Of a DNA stretch of 64,000 nucleotides, positions 29,175 through 39,401 are shown in pieces. Within the stretch, counting starts at the first letter, position 1. Each line of letters opens with the position of its first letter. Source of the DNA: Halarcobacter sp. (GTDB lineage: Bacteria; Campylobacterota; Campylobacteria; Campylobacterales; Arcobacteraceae); assembly GCA_963676565.1 (NCBI GenBank), contig OY781089.1, forward strand, positions 288,001 to 352,000. The letters run 5' to 3'. The position numbers and the translations under genes are program-made. The notes beneath the pieces are model-generated. The model made no database searches, was not told where the DNA came from, and was given only the letters and a program-made list of their open reading frames with translations.

Positions 29175-29419
29175 TGAATCAAGTCATTGTAGAAAAAGAG
29201 TGTAGTTGCTTTAAAAAAAGTGATTTACAAAACAATATACAATTCGATTCAAAAGATAAAGCTTTGATTAAAGCTTTAAGAATGAAAGATACAATGAATC
29301 AAGAGTTTTGTAGAAAACACGATTTTTTAGTGCAGGAAAAAGATGGAGATTTTATAATCTCCTTTGCACCTAACAATGGAAATGAATTTGTATGCTGTGG
29401 CAAAGGCTGCTGTGACTAA
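29174..29419 (+). CDS. Small Cys-rich protein, paralog 2
   Basis: TAATG coupling; ECSCF...FCRKH...CCGKGCCD. Confidence 0.8.
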   Translation: MNQVIVEKECSCFKKSDLQNNIQFDSKDKALIKALRMKDTMNQEFCRKHDFLVQEKDGDFIISFAPNNGNEFVCCGKGCCD

Positions 29420-29424
29420 AGTGT

Positions 29425-30162
29425 TTAGGGGTTATCTCCTAAACACCTTTTTTTATCTAAAAAAATCTCTATAGCTTTTTTAATCTCTTCAAAATTTTCA
29501 TCATCACCTTGAAGTCTTTGAAAATATAAATCATAATTTACATCTGGATCAATTTTACTTATTTCTAAAATAATATCTAAATAAGTACTAAATGGAACAT
29601 CATCTCCACTTTTACTAAATCTAACTGCCCTTTGGAGAGATACAAATGGATTTTGATTTATTCTAGAAATAGTATTTTTTCTAGTTTTTAAATAGTTTAT
29701 AAAAACTTCTCTAATATCTGATTGAACAATCTCAACTTTTTTTGTTTTTGTATTAAATCTACAATTAAACCCAATTTTAGTGGATGAAAAATCAAAAATG
29801 TCAACTACAAAATTTAAATCTTTTCCTAAAAATCTTTCCCTATAAACACATTGAAATATATCATTTTCAAACTTGAAAGTGTGAGAGTTGTTTTTATATA
29901 AAAAATGTTTTTCATCAATATAGCTTAAGATATTTTCTAATTCATCTTTTGTTTTGAAAAACAAATCTAAATCTCTAAAGGTATCTCTTTTTAGACAAGA
30001 CCCAGCTAAATAAAACTCAATATAATCTTTTTCAAGAGGTTTTGATAAAGCATTTTTAAAAAAATTTTCCATTCTATCAACTACATTTTTTAGTCTTTTA
30101 TCTAAAGTTATTGCAGTATCTTTTGTTATAAAATCATAATCTAACCAAAGTTTATAATTCAA
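29425..30162 (-). CDS. Putative nucleotidyltransferase (minimal CCA/poly(A) polymerase-like head domain)
   Basis: YLAGS..RD.FRDLDLF, FDFS, NPFVSLQRAVRF; TTG start after AAGGA. Confidence 0.65.
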   Translation of the reverse strand: MNYKLWLDYDFITKDTAITLDKRLKNVVDRMENFFKNALSKPLEKDYIEFYLAGSCLKRDTFRDLDLFFKTKDELENILSYIDEKHFLYKNNSHTFKFENDIFQCVYRERFLGKDLNFVVDIFDFSSTKIGFNCRFNTKTKKVEIVQSDIREVFINYLKTRKNTISRINQNPFVSLQRAVRFSKSGDDVPFSTYLDIILEISKIDPDVNYDLYFQRLQGDDENFEEIKKAIEIFLDKKRCLGDNP

Positions 30163-30205
30163 ATATTTTCCTTTTAATAAACTATATTATTTTAATATAT
30201 CTTAG

Positions 30206-31312
30206 CTAATTATTTGGAACTAAAATTGTAAGTTTTCCTTGTTCTTTCATTCCACCTGCTTCTAACTCTGCATTTTGTCCATGTCCAAAAAAGAAATCTG
30301 CTCTTATTTCACCTTTAATTGCTCCTCCAACATCAGCTGCTACCATAAGTCTATCAATATTTTCTTGTGTAATAGAAGATTTAGTATTTATAAATACAGG
30401 CATTCCTAAAGGGATATATCTTCTATCAACTGCTAAATTTCTACCTGCAACTAATTGTGTTCCTAAAGCTCCCGTTGCCCCTTGATCTCTTTGTGTAAAG
30501 AATACATAACTTGGATTATAGTTAAAAACCTCATCAATTTTATCAGGGTTTTCTTTCAACCATTTTTTCATTCCTTGCATTGAAGCTGGATAATCGGTCT
30601 TTGAACCTATATAATCTTTTTTAATCATATATTTACCAATAGATCTATATTTATGTCCATTTTGATTTGCATATCCAATATTTATAGTTTCACCATTATC
30701 AAGTTTAACCTTCCCTGAGCCTTGAATTTGTAAGAAGAATAAATCAATCTCATTATCAACATAACAAATAGCTTCTAAATCATCTCTATTTTTTAGCGCA
30801 TCTCTATTATCATAAGAGATTACTTTACCATCTACTAATTTACCTCTTAGTCTATATTTTTTTAATTCTGGATATGCATCACTTAAATCAATTATCAACA
30901 TATCATCAGGAGTTTTATAAATTGGATACTTATATTTTTCATTTTTTTCTAGGCTTCCATTTAACATAGGCTCGTAATACCCAGTAATTACACCTGTATT
31001 TGTTCCATTTTTATTATATAGTTCATAAGCAGTAAAGTTTTCTGTAAAAAATTTAAATGGATCATCATAATTTTCTGAAATTTCACAAACATTTTTAAAA
31101 AGATCATATCTTTTTGCTCTTTGACAATCTTTTTGAAATACTTCAAAAGCTAAATCTAAATTGTCTTTATCAAAGCCTTTAATCTGTTCAATATCAACTT
31201 TCTTGACTTTTGCTTTTGAGATAGAAAGTGTTTGTAGTTTTGATGGTTCTTTTAAAGAACACCCTGTAAATAAAAGTGTAAAAAAAATAATTACAATTGT
31301 TAGTAGTTTCAT
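30206..31312 (-). CDS. mltA: Membrane-bound lytic murein transglycosylase A
   Basis: Lipobox FTGC, TGYYEP, LQIQGSG, NPSYVF, DVGGAIKG..RADFF. Confidence 0.94.
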   Translation of the reverse strand: MKLLTIVIIFFTLLFTGCSLKEPSKLQTLSISKAKVKKVDIEQIKGFDKDNLDLAFEVFQKDCQRAKRYDLFKNVCEISENYDDPFKFFTENFTAYELYNKNGTNTGVITGYYEPMLNGSLEKNEKYKYPIYKTPDDMLIIDLSDAYPELKKYRLRGKLVDGKVISYDNRDALKNRDDLEAICYVDNEIDLFFLQIQGSGKVKLDNGETINIGYANQNGHKYRSIGKYMIKKDYIGSKTDYPASMQGMKKWLKENPDKIDEVFNYNPSYVFFTQRDQGATGALGTQLVAGRNLAVDRRYIPLGMPVFINTKSSITQENIDRLMVAADVGGAIKGEIRADFFFGHGQNAELEAGGMKEQGKLTILVPNN

Positions 31313-31363
31313 TTCGAATTCCCCTTTGATTTTGGAATTCTATCATTTAAAAGTTAATACTTC

Positions 31364-31666
31364 TTAAATCCCGCAGTTTGAATTCCCAGATTGAGAATAA
31401 ACCTCTTTTAATCCACAAGCTTTACACCTGTATTCAATGTCATTTACGCCAGAACATCCCCCACCTTTTAACATTTTTGCAGTAATTACCTCTTGTTTAA
31501 AATAAGTTTTTGTATTTTCATCATAAAAAGATTTTGCTTTTTCACCGCAAGATGGGCATTCGCCACTATTTAATTTATCAACTCTTGAATGTTTACTTTT
31601 GTAGTATAATAAAACTGAGAATATAACTATTAAAAATGTTAATAGTAAAAAGATTATTGTTTGCAT
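31364..31666 (-). CDS. Membrane-anchored zinc-ribbon-like hypothetical protein
   Basis: N-terminal TM helix; CPSC and CKAC. Confidence 0.75.
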   Translation of the reverse strand: MQTIIFLLLTFLIVIFSVLLYYKSKHSRVDKLNSGECPSCGEKAKSFYDENTKTYFKQEVITAKMLKGGGCSGVNDIEYRCKACGLKEVYSQSGNSNCGI

Positions 31667-31709
31667 AGAGGAAGTTTACCTTCCCCTTGCTTTAATAGAT
31701 TTTAACAAC

Positions 31710-33602
31710 TTATTCAACTTCTGCGTCAATTACGTCATCATCATCTTTTTTTGCTTTAGCATTTGGTTGAGCACCTTGTGCACCACCAGCTTGTTGCTCT
31801 TTTGCATACATAGCTTCTGCTAATTTATGAGATTTTTCAGTTAATGCTTTAACTTTTTCTTCAATTTGCTCTTTAGTAGCATTTTCATCTTTTAAAATCT
31901 CTTCTAATTCTGCAGCTGCATCAATGATAGCTTTTTTCTCTTCTTCAGAAACAGCAGATTCATTCTCTTCTAAAGTCTTTTTAGTTGAGTGTAATAATGC
32001 ATCAGCTTGATTTCTAACATCAATTAACTCTTTTTTCTTAGCATCAGCTTCTTTATTTGCTTCTGCTTCATTTACCATTTTTTCAATCTCTTCATCAGAT
32101 AATCCAGATGAACCAGAGATAGTAATTTTATTCTCTTTACCAGTCCCTTTATCTTTAGCAGATACATTTAAAACACCATTTGCATCAATATCAAATGTTA
32201 CTTCAATTTGAGGAACACCTCTTGGTGCTGCTGGGATATCAGAAAGTTCAAACATACCTAAAGATTTGTTATCTTTAGCAAATTCTCTTTCCCCTTGACC
32301 AACATGAATTGATACAGCAGGTTGGTTATCTTCAGCAGTAGAGAATACTTGAGATTTTTTAACAGGAATAGTTGTACCTTTTTCAATAAGTTTAGTCATA
32401 ACTCCACCTAGAGTTTCAATACCTAATGATAAAGGAGTAACGTCTAATAATAATACATCTTTAACATCTCCTCTTAATACACCTGCTTGAACTGCTGCAC
32501 CTTTTGCAACAACTTCATCAGGGTTTACACCTTTATTTAAATCTTTTCCAAAAAACTCTTTTACAACAGAGTTAGCTTTTGGTAATCTTGTTGAACCACC
32601 AACCATAATTACTTCTTGAATCTCACCTTTATCTAATCCAGCATCTTTAAGTGCTACTTTGATGTGATCAAGTGTTTCAGTAATTAAATTTTCAGTCATA
32701 GACTCAAATTTTGCTCTAGTTAAAGATTTAACTAAGTGAACTGGTCCAGCTTGTCCCATTGAGATAAATGGTAAGTTGATTTCAGTTGATTCAGCAGAAG
32801 AAAGCTCTTTTTTAGCATTTTCAGCTGCATCTTTTAATCTTTGTAATGCCATTTTGTCATTTTTAATGTCAAATCCATTCTCATCTTGGAACTCTTTTGC
32901 TAACCAATCAATAATAGCGTTATCGAAGTCATCTCCACCTAAGAATGCATTACCATCAGTTGAAAGTACTTCAAATGTTCCATCACCAATTTCTAAAACA
33001 GTAACGTCAAATGTACCACCACCTAAATCGTATACAAGAACTTTTTCTTCACCTTTTTTATCTAAACCATAAGCAAGTGATGCTGCTGTTGGCTCATTGA
33101 TAATTCTTAATACATTAAGACCTGCAATTGTACCTGCTTCTTGAGTTGCTTTTCTTTGTGCATCATTGAAGTATGCTGGAACTGTAATAACTGCATCTGT
33201 AACAGTTGCTCCTAAATACTCTTCTGCATCTGCTTTTAATTTTCCTAAAATTTTTGCAGAAATCTCTTGTGGAGTATAAACTTTATCAGCAATTTCAACC
33301 GCTGCTGCACCATTTCTATTAACGATTTTATATCCAACTTTTGATTGTGCTTCTTTTGCATTCTCTTCATCCATCATTAAACCCATAATTCTTTTTACAG
33401 AATAAATTGTTTTTTCTGGGTTTGTAATTGCTTGTCTTTTTGCTGGATCACCAACAAGTACTTCACCTTTATCAGTAAATGCTACAATTGATGGAGTCGT
33501 ATTTTTACCCTCTTTATTTGGGATAACTTTTGCTTCACCACCTTCATAAACTGCCATACAAGAGTTTGTTGTACCTAAATCTATACCTAATACTTTGCTC
33601 AT
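31710..33602 (-). CDS. dnaK: Chaperone DnaK
   Basis: [18 protein letters not shown]-terminal DAEVE. Confidence 0.99.
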   Translation of the reverse strand: MSKVLGIDLGTTNSCMAVYEGGEAKVIPNKEGKNTTPSIVAFTDKGEVLVGDPAKRQAITNPEKTIYSVKRIMGLMMDEENAKEAQSKVGYKIVNRNGAAAVEIADKVYTPQEISAKILGKLKADAEEYLGATVTDAVITVPAYFNDAQRKATQEAGTIAGLNVLRIINEPTAASLAYGLDKKGEEKVLVYDLGGGTFDVTVLEIGDGTFEVLSTDGNAFLGGDDFDNAIIDWLAKEFQDENGFDIKNDKMALQRLKDAAENAKKELSSAESTEINLPFISMGQAGPVHLVKSLTRAKFESMTENLITETLDHIKVALKDAGLDKGEIQEVIMVGGSTRLPKANSVVKEFFGKDLNKGVNPDEVVAKGAAVQAGVLRGDVKDVLLLDVTPLSLGIETLGGVMTKLIEKGTTIPVKKSQVFSTAEDNQPAVSIHVGQGEREFAKDNKSLGMFELSDIPAAPRGVPQIEVTFDIDANGVLNVSAKDKGTGKENKITISGSSGLSDEEIEKMVNEAEANKEADAKKKELIDVRNQADALLHSTKKTLEENESAVSEEEKKAIIDAAAELEEILKDENATKEQIEEKVKALTEKSHKLAEAMYAKEQQAGGAQGAQPNAKAKKDDDDVIDAEVE

Positions 33603-33631
33603 ATTTAATTCCTTAATTTTATTTTATAAAA

Positions 33632-33734
33632 TGAAGGGAACCTTTTACCTTTAATGTTCTTTAACGCTTGAAATAAATTCAAGCTAAGAACCAACCTAAA
33701 GACAAGCAGAAGCTTGTTTAAGTTCTCTCCTTCA
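33632..33734. other. Structured ~103-nt intergenic element (three-way junction)
   Basis: Terminal inverted repeats TGAAGG..GAAC / GTTC..CCTTCA enclosing two hairpins. Confidence 0.55.
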
Positions 33735-33782
33735 CCATGTTTAGTTTTTATTAATAGTTTTTTGACATTACGGTCATTTTTT

Positions 33783-34364
33783 CTAGTTTGCTATTGAAAC
33801 CATTGCTGCTCTAAGCAGTCTATCCTTAAACTTATAACCCTTTTGTAATCTTTGAACAATTTGTCCACTTTCATGGTCTGGGCTATCAACTTGCATAACT
33901 GCATCATGGAAATTTGGATCAAATTCCCCGTCAGTTTCAACTAATGTAATATCATGCTTTTCAAATGCAGTGTAGAAGTTTTTAATAGTTAACTCAACAC
34001 CCTCTTTTAGTTTTGCTAAAAGCTCCTCTGCTGGCATATCTTTTGCTGCTTCTTCAGCCGCAAGTGCCATTTCAAGAGTATCAATTGGTGCTAGTAAATC
34101 TTTTGCAAACTTTTCAGATGCATAATCAATTGCTTGATATTTCTCTTTTTCTAATCTTTTTTTAATATTTTCAAAATCGGCATGAACTCTAAAATATTTA
34201 TCTTCACTTTCTTTTAACTTTGCTTCAAGTTCAGCAATTTTTTCTTCTGCACTTAATTCCTTTGGCTCTTCATTAGATTCTGTTGTTTCTTCAACATTTT
34301 CTTGAGTTTGAACCTCTTCATTTTGTACTACTTCTTCATTTATTTCTTCTTGTTTTTCACTCAA
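33783..34364 (-). CDS. grpE: Nucleotide exchange factor GrpE
   Basis: [21 protein letters not shown]...DRLLR; TTG start after AGGAG. Confidence 0.97.
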   Translation of the reverse strand: MSEKQEEINEEVVQNEEVQTQENVEETTESNEEPKELSAEEKIAELEAKLKESEDKYFRVHADFENIKKRLEKEKYQAIDYASEKFAKDLLAPIDTLEMALAAEEAAKDMPAEELLAKLKEGVELTIKNFYTAFEKHDITLVETDGEFDPNFHDAVMQVDSPDHESGQIVQRLQKGYKFKDRLLRAAMVSIAN

Positions 34365-34373
34365 AGTAATCTC

Positions 34374-35162
34374 CTAAACCATACTAATTTTATTGTAAAA
34401 ATATTCGTAATCTTTTGATAGTTCCCCTACCACTAACATCTTGATATCTTGATTATCAATTCTACATTTATGACAAATCCCGATATACCCTTCAGGAACT
34501 ATACCATCAAAATATAAACCTTCTTCAATTGAGTCTAAAACAACTCCTTTTAAAAAAGAGTTGATACTCTTTTCATCAAAGTTGTATTTTAGTGCCAATG
34601 AGAAAAACTCTTTTGTATTGTAGATATGAAAATTTTTATTTTGAAGATATTGACTAACTTGCTCATAAATCTCCATAGCACCCACTTGCTTAGCAATATT
34701 TACAATATGTACTAACTCAAGAGAAACCATGTCACTTAAAAATCTATATAAAGCATCGCTATATTTAATTGTAATCGCAAAGGAAGTAAATTCCAAAATC
34801 ATATATCTATTTTCAACATTCAAAATGTTTTTTAAAATATCAGACTTTTGATCTTGAATAAATACAGACATCCCTAAATCATTTGATAAATATGCAATAG
34901 CTCTTTCATCAACAAATCTAAGTCTAAAATTTAATTTATTTCTCCAATACATTTTTAAAGCTTCTGTTGTAGGGGTTCTTCCTGAGCTTACATGCTCTTG
35001 TGCAAGAAAACCTTCATCTCCAAGCTTTTTAAAGTATCCTCTAATTGTTGCAGGTGAATATGAAATATCATACATTGATTTTAATTGGCTAGAACCAATA
35101 GGCTCTAAATGTTCAATGTAAGCTTTAATTATTGAATGTAATAAAAACTCTTTTTTATCCAT
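34374..35162 (-). CDS. hrcA: Heat-inducible transcription repressor HrcA
   Basis: EPIGS, SPATIR, HVSSGRTPT; alternative GTG start at 35174. Confidence 0.93.
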   Translation of the reverse strand: MDKKEFLLHSIIKAYIEHLEPIGSSQLKSMYDISYSPATIRGYFKKLGDEGFLAQEHVSSGRTPTTEALKMYWRNKLNFRLRFVDERAIAYLSNDLGMSVFIQDQKSDILKNILNVENRYMILEFTSFAITIKYSDALYRFLSDMVSLELVHIVNIAKQVGAMEIYEQVSQYLQNKNFHIYNTKEFFSLALKYNFDEKSINSFLKGVVLDSIEEGLYFDGIVPEGYIGICHKCRIDNQDIKMLVVGELSKDYEYFYNKISMV

Positions 35163-35185
35163 TTTTTCATTCACCTTTTAAAAAT

Positions 35186-35212
35186 TTAGCACTTAAAATC
35201 TTAAACTGCTAA
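35186..35212. promoter_or_regulatory. CIRCE-like operator 1
   Basis: TTAGCACTT-N9-AACTGCTAA versus consensus TTAGCACTC-N9-GAGTGCTAA. Confidence 0.8.
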
Positions 35213-35216
35213 AAAT

Positions 35217-35245
35217 ATTATACTATATGAGTGAGTAAATGTCAA
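35217..35245 (-). promoter_or_regulatory. Sigma70 promoter of hrcA-grpE-dnaK
   Basis: TTGACA-17 bp-TATAAT on the minus strand. Confidence 0.88.
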
Positions 35246-35246
35246 G
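35226..35246. promoter_or_regulatory. HAIR-like (HspR) operator
   Basis: TATGAGT-N7-TGTCAAG versus CTTGAGT-N7-ACTCAAG (10/14 matches). Confidence 0.55.
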
Positions 35247-35252
35247 TTGTTT

Positions 35253-35279
35253 TTAGCAAAAGATTTATAAAAGTGCTAA
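35253..35279. promoter_or_regulatory. CIRCE-like operator 2
   Basis: TTAGCAAAA-N9-AAGTGCTAA. Confidence 0.7.
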
Positions 35280-35411
35280 TTTTTTTAAAAGCCCCTAATA
35301 TTGGTTAAATACTAATAAAAAAGTACCTAAATAATAGATTTATACGACTTAATTGAAATTTTAATACAATTAATATATAATTTATTGAAATTTATTTAAA
35401 AAAGGAGTTTT

Positions 35412-36383
35412 ATGATGAATTATAAAATGTCATCTTTTGGGAAGAAAATTGCTGGTTTAGCAGTTATTTCAGCACTAAGTGTTCCAGCATTTGCTGCAGA
35501 ATTTATTACAATTGGTACAGGAAGTGTTACAGGTACATATTATCCAACAGGTGGAGCAGTTTGTAGATTAGTTAATAAATATAAAAAAGAAACAAAAATT
35601 AGATGTTCAGTTGAATCAACAGGTGGTTCTGTATATAACATCAACACAATCAAAAATGGTGAATTAGATTTTGGTATTGCACAATCAGATGTTGTATATC
35701 AAGCTGCTAATGGAACTAAAAAGTTTGAAGGTAAGCCTGTTAAAAAATTAAGATCAGTAATGGCTATTTACCCAGAACTATTTACACTTGTAACTAGAAA
35801 AGAAGCAGGAATTAAAACTATTATGGATATTAAAGGTAAAAGAATTAACCTTGGAAATCCAGGATCTGGAAATGAAGCAACTGCACTTTCTATGTTCAAA
35901 GCATTAGGTATGAGTAAAGCTGATTTAGGTTTTGCTGGTGTTTTAAAAGCTGGTGAAGCTCCTGATGCATTAAGAGATAATAAAATTGATGGATATTTCT
36001 ACATGGTTGGACACCCAACTGCAAATATTAAAGATGCATCAAACTCAGTAGATATTTCAATCACTCCAATTAATGGTGAGAAAATTGATGCTTTCGTTAA
36101 AGCAAACCCATATTTTGCACAAGCAGATGTTCCAGCTGGATTGTACAAAGGTGTAGATACAGCAGTTCCAACATTTGGTGTAAAAGCAGTTTTAGTTACA
36201 TCAACTGATGTAAGTGATAAAGCAGTTTATACTTTAGTTAAAGCTATTTTAGAAAACTTTGATGACTTCAAAAAACTTCACCCTGCATACGCAAACATTA
36301 CTAAAGAATCTTTATTAGATGGACTTAGTGCTCCATTACATGAAGGTGCAAAAAAATACTTTAAAGAAGCTGGATTACAATAA
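35412..36383 (+). CDS. TAXI family TRAP solute-binding protein
   Basis: TIGTGSVTGTYYPTG, STGGSVYN, AQSD, PLHEGA; start 35412 or 35415. Confidence 0.95.
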   Translation: MMNYKMSSFGKKIAGLAVISALSVPAFAAEFITIGTGSVTGTYYPTGGAVCRLVNKYKKETKIRCSVESTGGSVYNINTIKNGELDFGIAQSDVVYQAANGTKKFEGKPVKKLRSVMAIYPELFTLVTRKEAGIKTIMDIKGKRINLGNPGSGNEATALSMFKALGMSKADLGFAGVLKAGEAPDALRDNKIDGYFYMVGHPTANIKDASNSVDISITPINGEKIDAFVKANPYFAQADVPAGLYKGVDTAVPTFGVKAVLVTSTDVSDKAVYTLVKAILENFDDFKKLHPAYANITKESLLDGLSAPLHEGAKKYFKEAGLQ

Positions 36384-36396
36384 TCCAATCTATACA

Positions 36397-36420
36397 TCCT
36401 AAAGGAGTTCTCCTTTAGGA
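36397..36420 (+). terminator. Intercistronic hairpin (partial terminator or mRNA stabiliser)
   Basis: TCCTAAAGGA-GTTC-TCCTTTAGGA, no U tract. Confidence 0.6.
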
Positions 36421-36494
36421 CAATATTTCATTACTTATGATTTTTATTTTTAAATGATAATTAATGAAATCTCACTAATTTTTAAGGATATATT

Positions 36495-38594
36495 ATGGGT
36501 ATTTATGAAGAAAAACCACACACCCTCCAAGAACTTGAAGTTGAACAAGCCGATGAATCACAAAAGGTTTTAAATGAACTAGAGGGACAAAGAGTCTTTG
36601 GAAGAATGCATTATGAATTCTGGTTAATTTCAGCTATCGCATTATGTTGGTCATTATTTCAACTTTATATAGTAATTGAACCAACAAACTCAACTATCTC
36701 AAGGTCTATTCACTTATCGTTTGCATTATTACTTGCATTTATGATTTATCCAATGATGAAAAAACCTTATTTTCTAAAAAAAATAAGATGGTTTGGATAC
36801 ACCTTTGCATTAATTGGTATGTTTTCTGCTGGATACATTGCATTTTATTTTGAAGAGATTGCTTTAAGACCAGGGGATTATACACAGCTTGATATTGTTG
36901 TTGCTTTAATAGGAATTGCAATTTTATTAGAAGCTGGAAGAAGGACACTTGGACTTGCCTTATCTGTTATTGCAATTGTTTTTATTGCTTATGATATGTT
37001 AGGCCCTTATATGCCTGAACTTATTATTCACAAAGGTGCTAGTTTAAATAAGCTTGCAGGTCATATGTTTTTAACTACAGAAGGGATCTTTGGAGTTCCT
37101 CTTGGAGTATCAACTGGATTTGTATTTTTATTTGTACTATTTGGTTCACTATTAGATAAAGCAGGGGCTGGAGAGTATTTTATTAATCTAGCATTTGCAC
37201 TACTTGGAAAATTTAGAGGGGGACCGGCAAAAGCTTCAGTTGTTGCTTCTGGATTTACAGGGATTATGAGTGGAAGCTCTATTGCAAATACTGTTACAAC
37301 AGGAACTTTTACAATTCCACTTATGAAAAGAACAGGATTTAGACCAGAACAAGCTGGTGCAGTAGAAGTTGCTGCTTCTACAAATGGCCAATTAATGCCT
37401 CCTGTTATGGGTGCTGCCGCTTTTATTATCGCTGAGTTTTTAGGCTTAGCTTATACTGATGTAATCTTTGCAGCTTTTATCCCTGCTTTTGTTTCATATT
37501 TTGCACTATTTTACATAGTACATTTAGAGGCTTTAAAACTTGGATTAAAAGGTATGAAAGATGAAGACATACCTCCAAAATGGAAAACTTTTGTTCAAGG
37601 TATTCATTATTTAGTTCCAATTTTTTTCCTATTATATACCTTAATGATATTAAGAGAATCTGCTGCAAGTGCTGCATTTAATGCAATTATGTTGTTAATG
37701 CTTTTAATGGTGGTTCAACACCCATTTAGAGCTTTTTTAGCAAAAGAAAAAATCACAAAAGATATTTTACTTTCTGGTTTTGTTGATATTTTAGCAGGTA
37801 TGATTAGTGGAGCTAAAAATATGATTCCAATTGCTGTGGCTACAGCTTTAGCTGGTATTGTTGTTGGAAGTATCACATTAACTGGACTTGGTCAAGTTTT
37901 ATTAGATGTAATTGAAACTTTATCAAATGGAAATATTTTTATAATTCTTATTTTAGCAGCTATTATCTCTCTAATCCTTGGAATGGGATTACCTACAACT
38001 GCTAACTATATTGTTATGGCATCATTAACTGCACCTGTTATTTTAATACTTGCACAGGATAATGGTTTTATAGTTCCTGCAATAGCAGCTCATCTTTTTG
38101 TATTTTATTTTGGTATTCTAGCTGATGATACACCGCCAGTTGGGCTTGCAGCTTATGCAGCTGCTGGTATTGCAAAAGCTGATCCAATAAAAACTGGTAT
38201 TCAAGGATTTAAATATGATATTAGAACAGCTATTTTGCCATTTATGTTTTTCTTTAACCCAGAACTACTTTTAATTTCAGAAGTTGACCCATTAAATCCT
38301 GCAAATCCAAATGGTTGGGTATGGATTACAAATCCTTTAGAAATAGCCGTTATATTCGCAACAGCATTTATGGGAATGATGGCATTTTCTTGTTTTACAC
38401 AAGGGTATTTTATCACAAGAACAAATATTATTGAAAGATTTATTTTCTTAGGTATTGTTCCATTTATGTTCTTGCCAAAAGCAGTTCAAGAATTTATGCA
38501 ACTTCCAAGTCATTATTTATCATATCTTATAGGGATTTTGATTTTTATAGGTTTATATCTACTTCAAAAATCAAGAATAAAAAAAGCATCCTAA
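36495..38594 (+). CDS. TRAP transporter fused 4TM/12TM permease (TAXI type)
   Basis: RGGPAK, SGSSIANT, GQLMPPVMGAAAF, GMGLPTTANY, TPPVG. Confidence 0.95.
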   Translation: MGIYEEKPHTLQELEVEQADESQKVLNELEGQRVFGRMHYEFWLISAIALCWSLFQLYIVIEPTNSTISRSIHLSFALLLAFMIYPMMKKPYFLKKIRWFGYTFALIGMFSAGYIAFYFEEIALRPGDYTQLDIVVALIGIAILLEAGRRTLGLALSVIAIVFIAYDMLGPYMPELIIHKGASLNKLAGHMFLTTEGIFGVPLGVSTGFVFLFVLFGSLLDKAGAGEYFINLAFALLGKFRGGPAKASVVASGFTGIMSGSSIANTVTTGTFTIPLMKRTGFRPEQAGAVEVAASTNGQLMPPVMGAAAFIIAEFLGLAYTDVIFAAFIPAFVSYFALFYIVHLEALKLGLKGMKDEDIPPKWKTFVQGIHYLVPIFFLLYTLMILRESAASAAFNAIMLLMLLMVVQHPFRAFLAKEKITKDILLSGFVDILAGMISGAKNMIPIAVATALAGIVVGSITLTGLGQVLLDVIETLSNGNIFIILILAAIISLILGMGLPTTANYIVMASLTAPVILILAQDNGFIVPAIAAHLFVFYFGILADDTPPVGLAAYAAAGIAKADPIKTGIQGFKYDIRTAILPFMFFFNPELLLISEVDPLNPANPNGWVWITNPLEIAVIFATAFMGMMAFSCFTQGYFITRTNIIERFIFLGIVPFMFLPKAVQEFMQLPSHYLSYLIGILIFIGLYLLQKSRIKKAS

Positions 38595-38609
38595 AAAAGG
38601 ATGCTTTTT
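38581..38609. terminator. Bidirectional terminator between convergent genes
   Basis: AAAAAGCATCCT-AAAAA-AGGATGCTTTTT. Confidence 0.85.
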
Positions 38610-38629
38610 AAATAAGTAGAAAATTAGTT

Positions 38630-39352
38630 TTAGTCTTTTATTAATAGTTTTTCAATGATATATCCATATCCTTTATGGGATACAATAAAATCATCATCTT
38701 TTACTTTGTCTTTTAATCTTTTCATTACTGTTCTAAAAGCAGAATCATTTGTATTTATATCACCCCAAACTAACTCTTTGAACTTTTCAACAGGCACAAC
38801 TTCACCTAAATTATCAATTAGAACTTTTAAGATATCAAGCTCTTTTTTAGAGAGTTTAACAATTGATTCTTCATTATATAGTTTATCACTTATTGTATTG
38901 TAAGTATATCTTTTGTTTAAAGTAATGTAATCTTTTGATTCCTCTTCAACTTTATTATCAGCAAGAACTTCCTCTTTTGCTTTTTTTAACATCTCCATCA
39001 TATTATCAATATTTAATGGTTTCACAAAATACCCTAAAACCCTAAGATTAATAAGCTTTAATAAATCATCTTCATTTTTATGAGCACTTACAATTATAAA
39101 TCTTTGATTCGGTGTCAATTCTCTTATTTCATCAATCATTGACATACCATCTTTATTTGGCATTTTTAAGTCTGTTAAGACCAAATCAAATTGTTTTTCC
39201 TCATCATAGTTTTTTTTAAAAATTTTACTACCTTCTGCACCATCGCATGCTACTACAACTTCGTCAAAAATAGTATTTAAATAAAATGAGAGTGTTTTTC
39301 TTGCAACATCTTCGTCTTCAACTAGTAAAACTCTAGTTATATATGCTTTCAT
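38630..39352 (-). CDS. Response regulator with OmpR-type winged helix
   Basis: LLVEDE, TDLKMP..DG, FVKP, GYGY. Confidence 0.92.
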   Translation of the reverse strand: MKAYITRVLLVEDEDVARKTLSFYLNTIFDEVVVACDGAEGSKIFKKNYDEEKQFDLVLTDLKMPNKDGMSMIDEIRELTPNQRFIIVSAHKNEDDLLKLINLRVLGYFVKPLNIDNMMEMLKKAKEEVLADNKVEEESKDYITLNKRYTYNTISDKLYNEESIVKLSKKELDILKVLIDNLGEVVPVEKFKELVWGDINTNDSAFRTVMKRLKDKVKDDDFIVSHKGYGYIIEKLLIKD

Positions 39353-39401
39353 TTCTAACCCTAAAATATATTTTTTGTAATTATACCTAAAAAGTTATAT
39401 G

